Part shown: positions 1-12,450 of the stretch, piece after piece
Numbering within the stretch: position 1 is the first letter of the stretch
Layout of the letters: the number at the start of each line of letters is the position of its first letter
Notes under the pieces: model-generated
The model's input: only the letters and a program-made list of their open reading frames with translations
Database searches by the model: none
Told to the model about the DNA's origin: nothing
Translations under genes and position numbers: made by a program
NCBI GenBank assembly: GCA_027624625.1
Contig: JAQBWH010000001.1
Span: forward strand, 73,946-137,945
DNA: 64,000 bases
DNA from: Verrucomicrobiota bacterium
GTDB taxonomy: Bacteria; Verrucomicrobiota; Verrucomicrobiia; Chthoniobacterales; JACTMZ01
Direction: 5' to 3'

Positions 1-2830
<2,830 letters not shown>

Positions 2831-2833
2831 TTT

Positions 2834-4318
2834 ATGGGCAAGCCGACCGGTTTCAAAGAATTCACCCGCGAGATCCCCGCCGACCGCTCGCCGCTCGAGC
2901 GCATCCGCGATTGGGAGGAATTTCATGTCCACACCGCGGAGGAAAAACTCCGCGAGCAGGGTGCGCGCTGCATGGATTGCGGCACGCCGTTTTGCCAGAC
3001 CGGCATGATTCTCAACGGTGCGGCCAGCGGTTGTCCGATCAACAACCTCATTCCGGAATTCAACGACCTGGTCTACCGCGGTCTCTGGCGCGAAGCCCTC
3101 GACCGCCTGCACAAGACGAATAACTTTCCCGAATTCACCGGCCGCGTCTGCCCCGCACCCTGCGAAGGCGCCTGCGTGCTCGGGATCATCGAGCCGCCGG
3201 TCACGATCAAAAATATCGAATTTTCCATTATTGAGCGCGGCTTCGAGGAAGGTTGGGTCGTTCCGCATCCTCCGAAAAAGCGCACCGGCAAAAAAGTTGC
3301 CGTGGTCGGTTCCGGTCCCTCCGGCCTGGCCTGCGCCGACCAGCTGAACAAAGCGGGTCATCTGGTCACCGTCCTCGAGCGTGCCGATCGCATCGGCGGA
3401 CTCCTCACTTACGGCATCCCCAACATGAAGTTGGACAAGGACGACATCGTGCAGCGCCGGGTTGATATCCTCGCGGCGGAAGGCATCGAGTTCGTGACCA
3501 ACGCCGATGTCGGACAAAGCTATCCCGTGGAAAAGCTCCGCGAGGATTTCGATGCTGTTGTGCTTTGCTGCGGTGCCACCCAAGCGCGCGATCTCACTAT
3601 CGAAGGACGCGAACTTGACGGCATATACCCGGCCATGGAGTTCCTCAGCACGAACACCAAGTGTCTCCTCGACGGGACGGAAGTTCCGGCGCATCTCTCG
3701 GCCAAGGACCGCCATGTCGTGGTCATTGGCGGTGGCGACACCGGTACCGATTGTGTCGGCACGTCGATCCGCCACGGCTGCAAGAGCGTGGTCCAATTGG
3801 AAATCCTGCCCAAGCCGCCGGCCACCCGCGCGCCGAACAACCCGTGGCCCGAATGGCCGAAAATTTACCGCATGGACTACGGGCAGGAAGAAGCTGCCGC
3901 GCTCTACGGTGCCGACCCGCGGGTCTATTGCACCACGACGAAAAAGTTTGTCGGCGATGCGAACGGCCGGGTCAACGAATTGCACACCGTGCAGATCGAG
4001 TGGAAGCTCGACCCCCAGGGCCGTTACTCCCCGGTAGACGTGGCGGGCACGGAAAAAGTGATCCCCGGGCAACTCGTCCTCCTTGCCATGGGCTTCCTCG
4101 GACCCGAGAAGCCCCTGGTGGAAAAGCTCGGTCTCGCCATCGACGACCGCAGCAATGTGAAAGCCGACTACGGCAAGTTCTCCACCAGCGTGGGCGGAGT
4201 CTTTGCGGCCGGTGACATGCGCCGCGGTCAGAGCCTTGTCGTCTGGGCGATCAACGAAGGCCGTGCCGCGGCCCGCGAATGCGACCGCTTTTTGATGGGC
4301 GTGAGCAACCTGCCCTGA
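2834..4318 (+). CDS. gltD: Glutamate synthase small subunit (NADPH)
   Basis: 494 aa. Cys-rich Fe-S motif ([19 protein letters not shown]), Rossmann motifs ([27 protein letters not shown]). Sits immediately downstream of gltB. Confidence 0.95.
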   Translation: MGKPTGFKEFTREIPADRSPLERIRDWEEFHVHTAEEKLREQGARCMDCGTPFCQTGMILNGAASGCPINNLIPEFNDLVYRGLWREALDRLHKTNNFPEFTGRVCPAPCEGACVLGIIEPPVTIKNIEFSIIERGFEEGWVVPHPPKKRTGKKVAVVGSGPSGLACADQLNKAGHLVTVLERADRIGGLLTYGIPNMKLDKDDIVQRRVDILAAEGIEFVTNADVGQSYPVEKLREDFDAVVLCCGATQARDLTIEGRELDGIYPAMEFLSTNTKCLLDGTEVPAHLSAKDRHVVVIGGGDTGTDCVGTSIRHGCKSVVQLEILPKPPATRAPNNPWPEWPKIYRMDYGQEEAAALYGADPRVYCTTTKKFVGDANGRVNELHTVQIEWKLDPQGRYSPVDVAGTEKVIPGQLVLLAMGFLGPEKPLVEKLGLAIDDRSNVKADYGKFSTSVGGVFAAGDMRRGQSLVVWAINEGRAAARECDRFLMGVSNLP

Positions 4319-4671
4319 CCCTGCGGGTTCATTCCTCCAACTCGTCGGTATCGCCACCCTTGCGGGGAGGGCACCATCCGTCGGCTCCTTGCGCTCGGCA
4401 CAGCCACGGCTACCCCGCCGGAGGCCAACCCGAGTTTCTCGCCCTGCGTGACGAGGTCGCCGCCCCCGGCGAAAAGAAAATGCCTCCTGCGGCAAGGTCC
4501 GTGAGCCACCGCGCTCAGCCGGAAGACGGGCAACGTGTTTCGTTCCAGCGGCAAAGCGGAGGTCAGGGTCAGCACGCGGGTGGAAGGATGACAGGACGCC
4601 CCTCGAAGCGACGATGGCCGCCCGGGACTTCGTTCTTGCCAGGCCCTCGCCATTCAGCCCAAATTTCAGTC

Positions 4672-4935
4672 ATGAGATTTGTCCTCCTTTTTCTTCTCAT
4701 CATTGTCACCCCGGGTCTGGCCCAAGACGCGGTGGACGTGGTCACCGCGGGTTCTCCGCAAAAAATCACGGCGATGGAAAAATGGGGACTGACCATGGAG
4801 CAGTATTTGCTCATCGACCCTTCGCGCCGACCCAGCGGCAACACTTTCAAATATTGGCGCGCCCGAGGCCGCGGACCCTACGGTAACTTGGTCGAGCGCA
4901 TCCCCGGCGGACCTCGCCGGCCGGTCAACCCCTGA
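4672..4935 (+). CDS. Small secreted hypothetical protein (87 aa)
   Basis: Internal ATG of ORF 4279..4935 gives a clean signal peptide (MRFVLLFLLIIVTPGLAQ). No recognisable domain. Confidence 0.4.
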   Translation: MRFVLLFLLIIVTPGLAQDAVDVVTAGSPQKITAMEKWGLTMEQYLLIDPSRRPSGNTFKYWRARGRGPYGNLVERIPGGPRRPVNP

Positions 4936-5037
4936 TCCCCACGCACCGATGTGCCCCGCCCTCCTTCGTCTCTTGTTGCTCTGCGCCGCTCCCGCCCTTG
5001 GCGGTTGCGCCGGCTTCACGTTCTGAATTGTCCGTTG

Positions 5038-5598
5038 ATGAGGCCAGCTCTTCGGGCGGCGCTTGGTTTGTCGGTCGTCTTATCGTTCGCCGCCTGCGAC
5101 CGTCCGCCGGAACCAGCGCCTCCGCCGGCCCCGCCTACCGCTTCCGACGCGGCCCGGCGATTTTTTCAGGGCTACCGCGGCGACTACCGCCAGGCCGACC
5201 CGGCCTTTCTCTCCCAAGCTCTCGCTGCAGCCCTCCAATCGGCGGCGGAAGGGGAGAAGGAATCGGCGGCGCGAGTCAAAGCGAGCGAGTTCCCGACGGA
5301 CAAACCTCTCCTGCTGGAAGGCGAAATCTTTGCCGGCCTGTATGAAGGCTTCACCAGTTTCGAAGTCGGTCCTGAGCGCACGGATGGCGGTCTTACTTTC
5401 GTGGAGGTCCGCTTCCGCAACGAGCCCTACAATGTCGCCTGGACCGATGAGGTCCTTCTGGTCGACGAAGAGGGTTGGAAGATCGACGACGTGCGCTACT
5501 CTGGGAAAAAAGTCGGCTTGCTCGGCTTGCGCGATATTTTGCAGGATTTCGAAAGTTCTTTGGCCGCCGAAGCGTCAACCCCCACCACCCCACTATGA
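5038..5598 (+). CDS. Putative lipoprotein, unknown function
   Basis: Internal ATG gives a signal peptide with a lipobox-like end (LSVVLSFAAC), followed by a Pro/Ala linker. Its stop overlaps the next start (ATGA at 5595-5598). Confidence 0.55.
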   Translation: MRPALRAALGLSVVLSFAACDRPPEPAPPPAPPTASDAARRFFQGYRGDYRQADPAFLSQALAAALQSAAEGEKESAARVKASEFPTDKPLLLEGEIFAGLYEGFTSFEVGPERTDGGLTFVEVRFRNEPYNVAWTDEVLLVDEEGWKIDDVRYSGKKVGLLGLRDILQDFESSLAAEASTPTTPL

Positions 5599-6059
5599 AA
5601 GTCACCCGCCCCATCCTCTTCCTTGCCCTCGTTGCCCTGGCCGCCTGCTCGCCCGAGCGCGAGGCCGTTCTTTCCTTGGCCCCAGTCCCCTTCGCCATGA
5701 AAACAGCCGAAGGAATCCTCCCTCGCCTGAGCACCGGACCGATCGAAGGCCCGTTCGCCGGGGAGGTGCAAAAAGCCGGAGCCCTGGCCTCCGCCACGGT
5801 TTACTACAGCCCGCTTGAACAAGGCGATAAAGTCATCTTCATGACTGCCTACTGGTTTCCCGAGGACCAGTTCGACGTTCTGCAAAATCCGGACTCTCCC
5901 CCGCTCTTCGGCTTCGAAGTGCTGCGGCAAGACGGGAAAGTGCTCAGCGTGGCCGGGCCCGTCGACTCCATCTTCGCTCCCGACACGCCCGACGGAAAAA
6001 ATCTCATCGACCTCTACGGCGCGCTTTACCTGCCGGAGACTTACCGCGCGGTCGAGTAA
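5595..6059 (+). CDS. Putative lipoprotein, unknown function
   Basis: Internal ATG gives MKVTRPILFLALVALAAC (lipobox). 4-nt overlap with the upstream lipoprotein gene. Confidence 0.55.
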   Translation: MKVTRPILFLALVALAACSPEREAVLSLAPVPFAMKTAEGILPRLSTGPIEGPFAGEVQKAGALASATVYYSPLEQGDKVIFMTAYWFPEDQFDVLQNPDSPPLFGFEVLRQDGKVLSVAGPVDSIFAPDTPDGKNLIDLYGALYLPETYRAVE

Positions 6060-6219
6060 CCACCACTTTTGGCGGGGCAAGGTCATGGCTACTGGGTTGC
6101 TTCCATGGCGATTCGGTTGGATTCATGGCGTGCGGGAAGAATAATCCCGGCCCAGGCGCTGGTCCGACAGCTAGGGCAGGGCCTCCCCGGACCTGCCGCG
6201 CTTCCGATTGATCCCGTCC

Positions 6220-6453
6220 TCAACCCCGCATCTCGGCCCACTCCACCATGCGCGCAATCACCTCGCTGCTCAGCAAGGCATGACCGACACCGGGCAGTGT
6301 GATCACATCCGCGTCCGGCAAAGCCTCGCGCAGCATTCTCCGTGCTTCGGGTTCCACAATGCGGTCTTCCTCAGCTTCGACAATGAGGACCCGGGCACTG
6401 CTCGGAAATCCTGCCAGCATGCCATCGCACCTTCCGAGCAAATCAAGATCCTG
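6220..6453 (-). pseudogene. 3' fragment (last ~78 codons) of an alpha/beta-hydrolase gene, paralogous to 7562..8329
   Basis: The translation DLDLLGRC..ARVLIVEAEEDRIVEPEARRMLREALPDADVITLPGVGHALLSSEVIARMVEW aligns without gaps to the C-terminus of the full-length hydrolase at 7562..8329. No N-terminal nucleophile region is present upstream. Confidence 0.55.
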
Positions 6454-6544
6454 TGGAATGTAAAAGAGAACCCAGCGAAGGGAAATGCGGCGAAAACCGC
6501 GCAAGACCGGCTTTTGTCGTTGACGCTGCCGGGGGCAGGGGGTA

Positions 6545-7531
6545 TTGCGACCTTTTATGCGACGTCGCGGAGCCATTCTTCACTGGGTGTTGTTCTGTTT
6601 CGCCACCGCCGGGACGGACTGGGCGAGGGCCGACACCGCATCGGTCGACGCGTCGTTGGCCGGTTGGCTCGACCAATGGCAGCTCAAATACCAGCCCGCT
6701 CCGGGGCCGGATTTGGCTAGCGAAGCCTGCGCGCCGACCACTGTGGTCAATGCCATGGTTTATCTGCAGAACCAATACCCGGAAATCTACGGCACCAATC
6801 TGGCCGGAACTAACCAGACCAATTATTGGGCCCAAACGGCGGTTCTTCTCGCAGGACCCAACTATATGAAGACAGACCCCCACGTGGGGACGGTGCCCGT
6901 CGTCAACTTGACGCTCGGTTTGCGGTCTTTTCTCTCGGCCCGCGGCTTTGCCTCCACCCGGGTCAGCGGAATGCTCCCGCAGGGAACCACCAACGGCCTT
7001 GTGAATGAGTTGATCGGCCCCCTGCCGTCCGACTACGTCGAGGGTCTCCCCACGTTTGATTACTTCGCCACCGCTCTGCGCGGCGGCAGCCCGGTGACCC
7101 TCCAGATCCTCTACGAAGGTCAATCCGTCGGCCACAACGTTCTCCTTACCCGGGTCGACTGGACCGGCAGCGGTGCTGGGGCAACCGGGAGGATGGAATT
7201 CATCGATCCCCTCGACCCCGCGCACTACGACACCAATGGTTTCCCGGTATCCCTCAAGGTGACCCCCGGGATGGTTTCCATCCTGCCCTCCATCTTCTTG
7301 ACCAACACCAATGGCGTGGTCGACACCTTGAGCAATGTCCTTGCCCTCGACTACCAGCAATACAAGGGAGAGCTGCCTTACGACGGCACCAACTATGAGC
7401 AAACGACCGCCCTCATCGGGGGAGCCACTATCATGCAGGTGCCTGAGCCGCGGGTCGTCCCGCTCGTCTTGCTCGCGATCGCGTCAATTATCTGGTTTCG
7501 CGTTTGGCGGCGGAACCGGACGGAGGGCTGA
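6545..7531 (+). CDS. PEP-CTERM-anchored secreted protein with a putative papain-like (C39-like) cysteine-peptidase domain
   Basis: N-terminal signal peptide. C-terminal VPEP + TM + RRNR tail (PEP-CTERM). Candidate catalytic Cys context (SEACAPTTVVNAMVYL) and His context (GHNVLLTRVDW). Confidence 0.7.
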   Translation: MRPFMRRRGAILHWVLFCFATAGTDWARADTASVDASLAGWLDQWQLKYQPAPGPDLASEACAPTTVVNAMVYLQNQYPEIYGTNLAGTNQTNYWAQTAVLLAGPNYMKTDPHVGTVPVVNLTLGLRSFLSARGFASTRVSGMLPQGTTNGLVNELIGPLPSDYVEGLPTFDYFATALRGGSPVTLQILYEGQSVGHNVLLTRVDWTGSGAGATGRMEFIDPLDPAHYDTNGFPVSLKVTPGMVSILPSIFLTNTNGVVDTLSNVLALDYQQYKGELPYDGTNYEQTTALIGGATIMQVPEPRVVPLVLLAIASIIWFRVWRRNRTEG

Positions 7532-7561
7532 CGCCTAGCTCAGCGGGGTCCCTGTGGCTCG

Positions 7562-8329
7562 TCAGGGCAGAATTTCAGACAGCCTGCGTCCCTCCGGGTC
7601 GATGATCTCCGTGTCCCGCCACGACTCGACCCAGTCGATCACGTTCGCCATCACGCCGTCGCTGAGCAAGGCATGACCGACACCCGGCAACGTAATCACG
7701 TCCGCCTGCGGTAAGGCCTCGCGCAGCATGGCCCGCGCCTGCGGTTCTACGATACGGTCCTCCTCCGCCTCGACAATAAGCACGCGGGCGCCAAGCGGAA
7801 ACCCGGCCGGCAAGCGGTGGCATCCGGCGAGCAAATCGAGATCCTCGCGCAGCCGAGCCCGGTTGGCTTCGTCCAGCGGACCGTCCAAGGGCCCCGGCGG
7901 GAGCAGATCGGCCGACTGCGGTTCGGCCACTTTGGCCGTGAAATTCCCGAGCATCTCACGGGCCCGGACTTCGTCCTCCAAGCTGCCGGCCATCCCCGCC
8001 AAAGCAGCCCGTAGGCGGCGGCCTTCGCGCCCCGGGGGAACAAAAGTGGCGAAACTGGCCAGCAGTACCACGCCATCGGCCTGGGCGAGGACGTTGGCCG
8101 GAACCATGTGCGGCCCGAGCGAGCGGCCGATGACCAGTCGACGCCCTGTGGTCATCGGTCCGGGCCACGCGGGAACGTGGGGCGGCAGGGCGCCGTAGCC
8201 TCGTTCGCCCGCGTGCCAGAGCCATCCCCGAGAGTCCGTCGCCTTTCTCCATGGCTCCCAAGTCCGTGCATCCCGTCCCCACCCGTGCATGGCAACCACT
8301 TGCAGTGGCGGTGGTTGGTTTGCAGTCAT
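7562..8329 (-). CDS. Alpha/beta-fold hydrolase
   Basis: Start chosen at MTANQPPPLQVVAMHGWG (typical HGWG N-terminus). GxSxG-type nucleophile elbow (IGRSLGPH). C-terminal PGVGHALL His motif. Confidence 0.75.
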   Translation of the reverse strand: MTANQPPPLQVVAMHGWGRDARTWEPWRKATDSRGWLWHAGERGYGALPPHVPAWPGPMTTGRRLVIGRSLGPHMVPANVLAQADGVVLLASFATFVPPGREGRRLRAALAGMAGSLEDEVRAREMLGNFTAKVAEPQSADLLPPGPLDGPLDEANRARLREDLDLLAGCHRLPAGFPLGARVLIVEAEEDRIVEPQARAMLREALPQADVITLPGVGHALLSDGVMANVIDWVESWRDTEIIDPEGRRLSEILP

Positions 8330-8450
8330 TAGGAGGCAGTTTAGAACAAAAGGTGACAAGAGTAGCGAAAGGAAAAACAATGAGCTGGGAGAAACGGGAA
8401 CTCGGGTTTACTGGTCTTGAAATATTCGCCCGGTCCACCATGGTCTTCTC

Positions 8451-9050
8451 ATGGCCAATCCCCCGATCCACCCCTACGAAGCTATCCCCAGGGTGGCACC
8501 CATCTCCACTGACCAACTGCGGCCTGAGTGGAAGGCAACGCTGGCTCGCATTCCCGGTGCCGGGCTCAAGGGTTCCGGTTTTCCGGGGTATGTGCTCGGG
8601 GAGCTGATGCGAAGCCCGGAACTTTTCGGTCCTTTTCTCGAGTGGTGGGTGACGGCCAAGAGCGCCATGGCCTTGAGCAATCGGGAGCAGGAGCTGGTCA
8701 TCCTGCGTATGGGCCGTCTTTACAGCAGTGATTACGTTTGGAAGCATCATCTTCTCACCGCGCGGGAGTTCGGGGCCAAGCCGGAGGAGATTGCCGCATT
8801 GCTCGAGGGTCGTTTCGATGACTTCTCCCCCCGGGAACGGGCCCTTCTCACCCTCGCCGAGGCCATGGTCTGTGACCGCTATGTTTCCTCCGAAATCTGG
8901 GAGGCCCACGGTGGCCAACTCAGCCCGCAGGAAATGGTGGATCTGATGAGCCTCGTTTCGCAATACGTGCTCTTTGCCCTGGTCAACAATGTGTTCCAAG
9001 TGCCCTTGGAGGCGCCGTTGCGGGATGCTCCCGGACTGGCCCAGGCTTGA
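8451..9050 (+). CDS. Carboxymuconolactone decarboxylase (AhpD-like) family protein
   Basis: 199 aa with CMD-family-like helices (LSNREQELVILRMGRLYSSDYVWKHH). Family assignment is by motif recognition only. Confidence 0.75.
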   Translation: MANPPIHPYEAIPRVAPISTDQLRPEWKATLARIPGAGLKGSGFPGYVLGELMRSPELFGPFLEWWVTAKSAMALSNREQELVILRMGRLYSSDYVWKHHLLTAREFGAKPEEIAALLEGRFDDFSPRERALLTLAEAMVCDRYVSSEIWEAHGGQLSPQEMVDLMSLVSQYVLFALVNNVFQVPLEAPLRDAPGLAQA

Positions 9051-9275
9051 GTCGGACCTGAAGGCTCTCTCCCATTTTAGCCGAGGCTGGGGAAGCGCGA
9101 TTTCGATATCTTTGCCCAGAGTGCCGGTCGCCCCTCTGGTCGAATCAGTTGCAAAGCTGCAGCGAGATTGGCGAAATTGGTCTTCAGCACCAACCCGGCG
9201 AGAACAAGCGGAAAATCCCGCGAGCCGTGGCTTTCAAGTTTGCCCGATGGTGGGCTATTGCTCTATGACAGCAAC

Positions 9276-10247
9276 GTGAACTTTCTCCTTCCTCCGGTTG
9301 TCGGGCTGCTTTTTGCGGCATTCAGCCTTTCCGTCCCTACCGCCGCGCAGGCCGATACGTTTGGCACGAGCGGTAATGAGTTCACCATCGACTTTGTTGG
9401 TATCGGCAATGCGGGCAATGCGGCTGATACGACCACCTATGGCGCGGTGGCTTACTCCTACCGTCTGGGTGCGCACGAAATTTCGCAGGACGCGATCGAC
9501 AAAGCCACGGCCAGCGGGATGACTGATGTGACGGCAGGGCCGTGGACCGGCGATCAACCGGCGGCCAGCCTCAATTGGTATGAGGCGGCGGCCTTCGTCA
9601 ATTTCCTGAACACCAGTTCGGGGAAGACGGCAGCCTACGATTTAACGTGGAGTGGCACCGCTTGGAGTATGGCGCTTTGGAGCAGCGAGCAGGCGTGGAC
9701 GGCGGGCGGAACCAATCTCTACCGCAACAAGAATGCCTACTATTTTCTGCCCAGCGAGAACGAGTGGTACAAGGCGGCTTATGACAACGCGGCCGGCTCG
9801 GCTTATTTTCCTTACCCGACGGGAAGCAGCACGGCGCCGATTGCGGTGGCCAGCGGGACCCAACCAGACTCCGCGGTTTACTTCCAGACGAACCAGATTT
9901 CGCCGGCGGAGGTGACCGCTGCCGGCGGCTTGAGTCCTTATGGCACGATGGGACAGGGCGGCAATGTGTGGGAGTGGACGGAGACCGCTCTGAGCGGCGA
10001 CAACAATTCTGCGACCAATGTGCGCACCATCCGCGGTGGCGGTTGGACCAGTCCCGAGGGCCAGTTGAGTTCCTCGTTCCGCAGTAGCAATGGTTTTCCG
10101 GACGGCGAACGCACCTGGGTCGGCTTCCGTGTCGCCAGTATCCCGGAACCCTCGACCTATGCGCTTCTTTTGGCGACCGGTGCCTTGTGGTGGGCGGCGA
10201 GAAAAGCGCGGTTTGGACGCGCCGTGCGCCGGAAGATTCCGCACTGA
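9276..10247 (+). CDS. SUMF1/FGE-sulfatase-domain protein with PEP-CTERM anchor
   Basis: GTG start gives the signal peptide VNFLLPPVVGLLFAAFSLSVPTAAQA; an alternative start is the ORF-track position 9168. FGE-domain motifs (GNVWEWT, IRGGGW, GFRVA). C-terminal IPEPSTYALLLATGALWWAARKARF. Confidence 0.8.
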   Translation: MNFLLPPVVGLLFAAFSLSVPTAAQADTFGTSGNEFTIDFVGIGNAGNAADTTTYGAVAYSYRLGAHEISQDAIDKATASGMTDVTAGPWTGDQPAASLNWYEAAAFVNFLNTSSGKTAAYDLTWSGTAWSMALWSSEQAWTAGGTNLYRNKNAYYFLPSENEWYKAAYDNAAGSAYFPYPTGSSTAPIAVASGTQPDSAVYFQTNQISPAEVTAAGGLSPYGTMGQGGNVWEWTETALSGDNNSATNVRTIRGGGWTSPEGQLSSSFRSSNGFPDGERTWVGFRVASIPEPSTYALLLATGALWWAARKARFGRAVRRKIPH

Positions 10248-10470
10248 AGCGAAGCGGCGAAGCATTTGGCCGCCGGGAGGACGGGGAGCCGGAAATAGGC
10301 TGAGTTTCACCCGACCCTGGCGCGAGCCGTGTCGAAAATGAAGATCCGAACCGACTCGAGAACGGGCCGGATTGGCGCGGCAAGCCTATCGCGGAAAAGG
10401 AGTGTGTTCCGGATGCGCCGAGCGGAAATGCTCTTGTCGGTCGGGGTGGGGAAGCGGATGGTCGTCAATC

Positions 10471-11661
10471 ATGGATGCGTTTTTTGTCGATCTCGGACGG
10501 CGGGTGCGGGGGCGATGGCAAGCGGTGGATTTTTCCCTCGCGGCCTTCCCCGGTATTGCGCGGACGGCTCTCGAGGAAAAACCCCCGGCGACGCAGGTGG
10601 AGCTTGCGGCTCTCACCCGCTCCTTTTTGCGCGACGATGAGCAGCCGTTTCAGACGGCCTCGGGGTTTGGCCAACCGGAGTTGGTCGTCTTCGATGATCC
10701 TCGGTTCTACATCCAGTTGCTGTTTTGGTTGGACGGAACCACGCAGATCCACCAGCACGAGTTCTCCGGATCCTTTCATGTGCTGGCAGGGTCGAGTCTG
10801 CACGCCGAGTTTGCCTTTACCAACGTGCAGCCGGTCACCGCGCATTTCCGGCTGGGTGATTTGCAACTGACCGGCACCGAGTTGCTCGAGACGGGGTGCA
10901 CCGTGCCGATCACGTCGGGCGCGGGCAGCATTCACTCGCTCTTTCACCTCGAAACCCCTTCGGTCACGGTGGTGGTGCGCACCCATTCGGACCCGGGGAC
11001 CGGACCGCAATTCACTTACCTGCCGCCGCATGTGGCGGTGGACCCGTTTTTTTCGGATGCGCTGACCACCCGGCGACTACAACTCCTCGACGTGCTCGAC
11101 CGGACGGGAGCGGAAGACTTTGCCGAGGTGGTCCGTACCATGGTGGCCTCACTCGATTACGAGCGGGGATTCTTCACTTTGCAAAACTGCCTTGTCGCCC
11201 TGCAAGAGCGGGGGGAATGGGAGGAAACGTGGGATGTTTTTGCCAAAAAGCACGGAGCGCTCGCCGCTTATGCCGCACCCACCTTGGAAGAAATCGTCTG
11301 GCGCGACCGGCTGGTCAGCTTGCGCAGTTCCATCGAGGACCCCGACCATCGTTTCTTTCTCGCCCTCCTGCTCAATGTCCCGCGGACCTCGGATCTTCTG
11401 CCTTTGGTCGCGGCGCGTTTTCCCGGGGATCCGGTCACCACGGTGCTGGGCTGGGCGGAGGAATTGAGCGAGTCCTCCGAAGAAGGCACCTGGATTCTCG
11501 ATGCGAAGTATCCGGATGAGGAAGCGGGCGAAGGCAGGGAAGCTCCGCTCGATCGCTTTCTCGGCACCTTGGCCCGTTGCCTCCGGAGCGAGGCCGGGGC
11601 AACCGATGCTGCCCGGCGCGAGGCGCTGGCGCAGTCGAGTCTGCGGGCTCTTGTGGCGTGA
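10471..11661 (+). CDS. Hypothetical protein with a cupin-like His motif
   Basis: ATG at 10471 (MDAFFVDL). Motifs QIHQHEFSGSFHVLAGS and GSIHSLFH resemble cupin metal-site motifs. Its stop TGA overlaps the GTG start of the downstream J-protein gene. Confidence 0.6.
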   Translation: MDAFFVDLGRRVRGRWQAVDFSLAAFPGIARTALEEKPPATQVELAALTRSFLRDDEQPFQTASGFGQPELVVFDDPRFYIQLLFWLDGTTQIHQHEFSGSFHVLAGSSLHAEFAFTNVQPVTAHFRLGDLQLTGTELLETGCTVPITSGAGSIHSLFHLETPSVTVVVRTHSDPGTGPQFTYLPPHVAVDPFFSDALTTRRLQLLDVLDRTGAEDFAEVVRTMVASLDYERGFFTLQNCLVALQERGEWEETWDVFAKKHGALAAYAAPTLEEIVWRDRLVSLRSSIEDPDHRFFLALLLNVPRTSDLLPLVAARFPGDPVTTVLGWAEELSESSEEGTWILDAKYPDEEAGEGREAPLDRFLGTLARCLRSEAGATDAARREALAQSSLRALVA

Positions 11662-12425
11662 GCGCGCCGAATCATTATGACACGCTCGGCCTCGACCGGC
11701 GTTGCACCACCGCACAAATCCGCGCGGCTTACCGCAGGTTGGTCAAACAACATCATCCGGACGTCAACCACACCGCGCCCGAAGCCACGCTGCGGGCCCA
11801 AGCGCTCAATACCGCGCACGCCACGCTGAGCGATCCTCTCCGGCGCGCGGACTATGATCGCGAGCTGGACGGGGACAACCCCGCCGGCGCAACGGTGCGG
11901 GGCGCAAGGCATCGTGACATTGCCCAGGATGTGATGCTGCGGATCGAAGAGTTTTTCCGCGGGACCACGCTGACCATCCGGGTCAACGATCCGGCCAACC
12001 CGCACGGCGCCGAAAGTTATGAACTTGAGGTTCCGCCGGACACAGCCCCGGGCACCAAATTCCGTCTCCCCCGGGCGGAGGAATTCTCCGGCAGCTGCGT
12101 CGTGGTGCGTTTGCGCGTCCTGCCCGGCGCCCGCTTCCGGGCGCGCGGATCCGACGTGCGCACCGACTTGCGGATCAGCGCCACGCGGGCGGCCAGCGGC
12201 GGCAGCGAGATGATCCCCGGGGCGAATGGACGCATGGTCCGCGTGACCATTCCGGCCGGAGTCACGCGCGGTGCGGTGCTGCGGGTGCCGGGCGAAGGCC
12301 TGCCCAAGCCACGCGGCGGCCGGGGCGATCTGCTGGTGCGCGTGACCTATCGGGTGGAAGTGAAAATCTCACGCGGGGCCAAGCGGCCCAGCGCATCCGG
12401 GCGACTGGGCTGGGGTCGGACGTGA
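11658..12425 (+). CDS. J-domain co-chaperone, CbpA/DnaJ type (J domain + DnaJ C-terminal domains, no zinc finger)
   Basis: GTG start at 11658 overlaps the upstream stop (GTGA). J domain NHYDTLGL...HHPDV with an HPD motif. DnaJ-CTD-like repeats (GTKFRLPRAE..., GAVLRVPGEGLPKPRGGRGDLLVRV). Confidence 0.8.
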   Translation: MSAPNHYDTLGLDRRCTTAQIRAAYRRLVKQHHPDVNHTAPEATLRAQALNTAHATLSDPLRRADYDRELDGDNPAGATVRGARHRDIAQDVMLRIEEFFRGTTLTIRVNDPANPHGAESYELEVPPDTAPGTKFRLPRAEEFSGSCVVVRLRVLPGARFRARGSDVRTDLRISATRAASGGSEMIPGANGRMVRVTIPAGVTRGAVLRVPGEGLPKPRGGRGDLLVRVTYRVEVKISRGAKRPSASGRLGWGRT

Positions 12426-12450
12426 CGGCCGAAGTTGAGGTTGCCATCGG

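Noticed and set aside
4319-4671. 350-bp gap after gltD with overlapping ORFs on both strands (e.g. 4228..4653 minus)
   Set aside because: I looked for a gene remnant or a structured RNA. The translations show no convincing family motif and I could not fold a supported structure by eye. Left unannotated.
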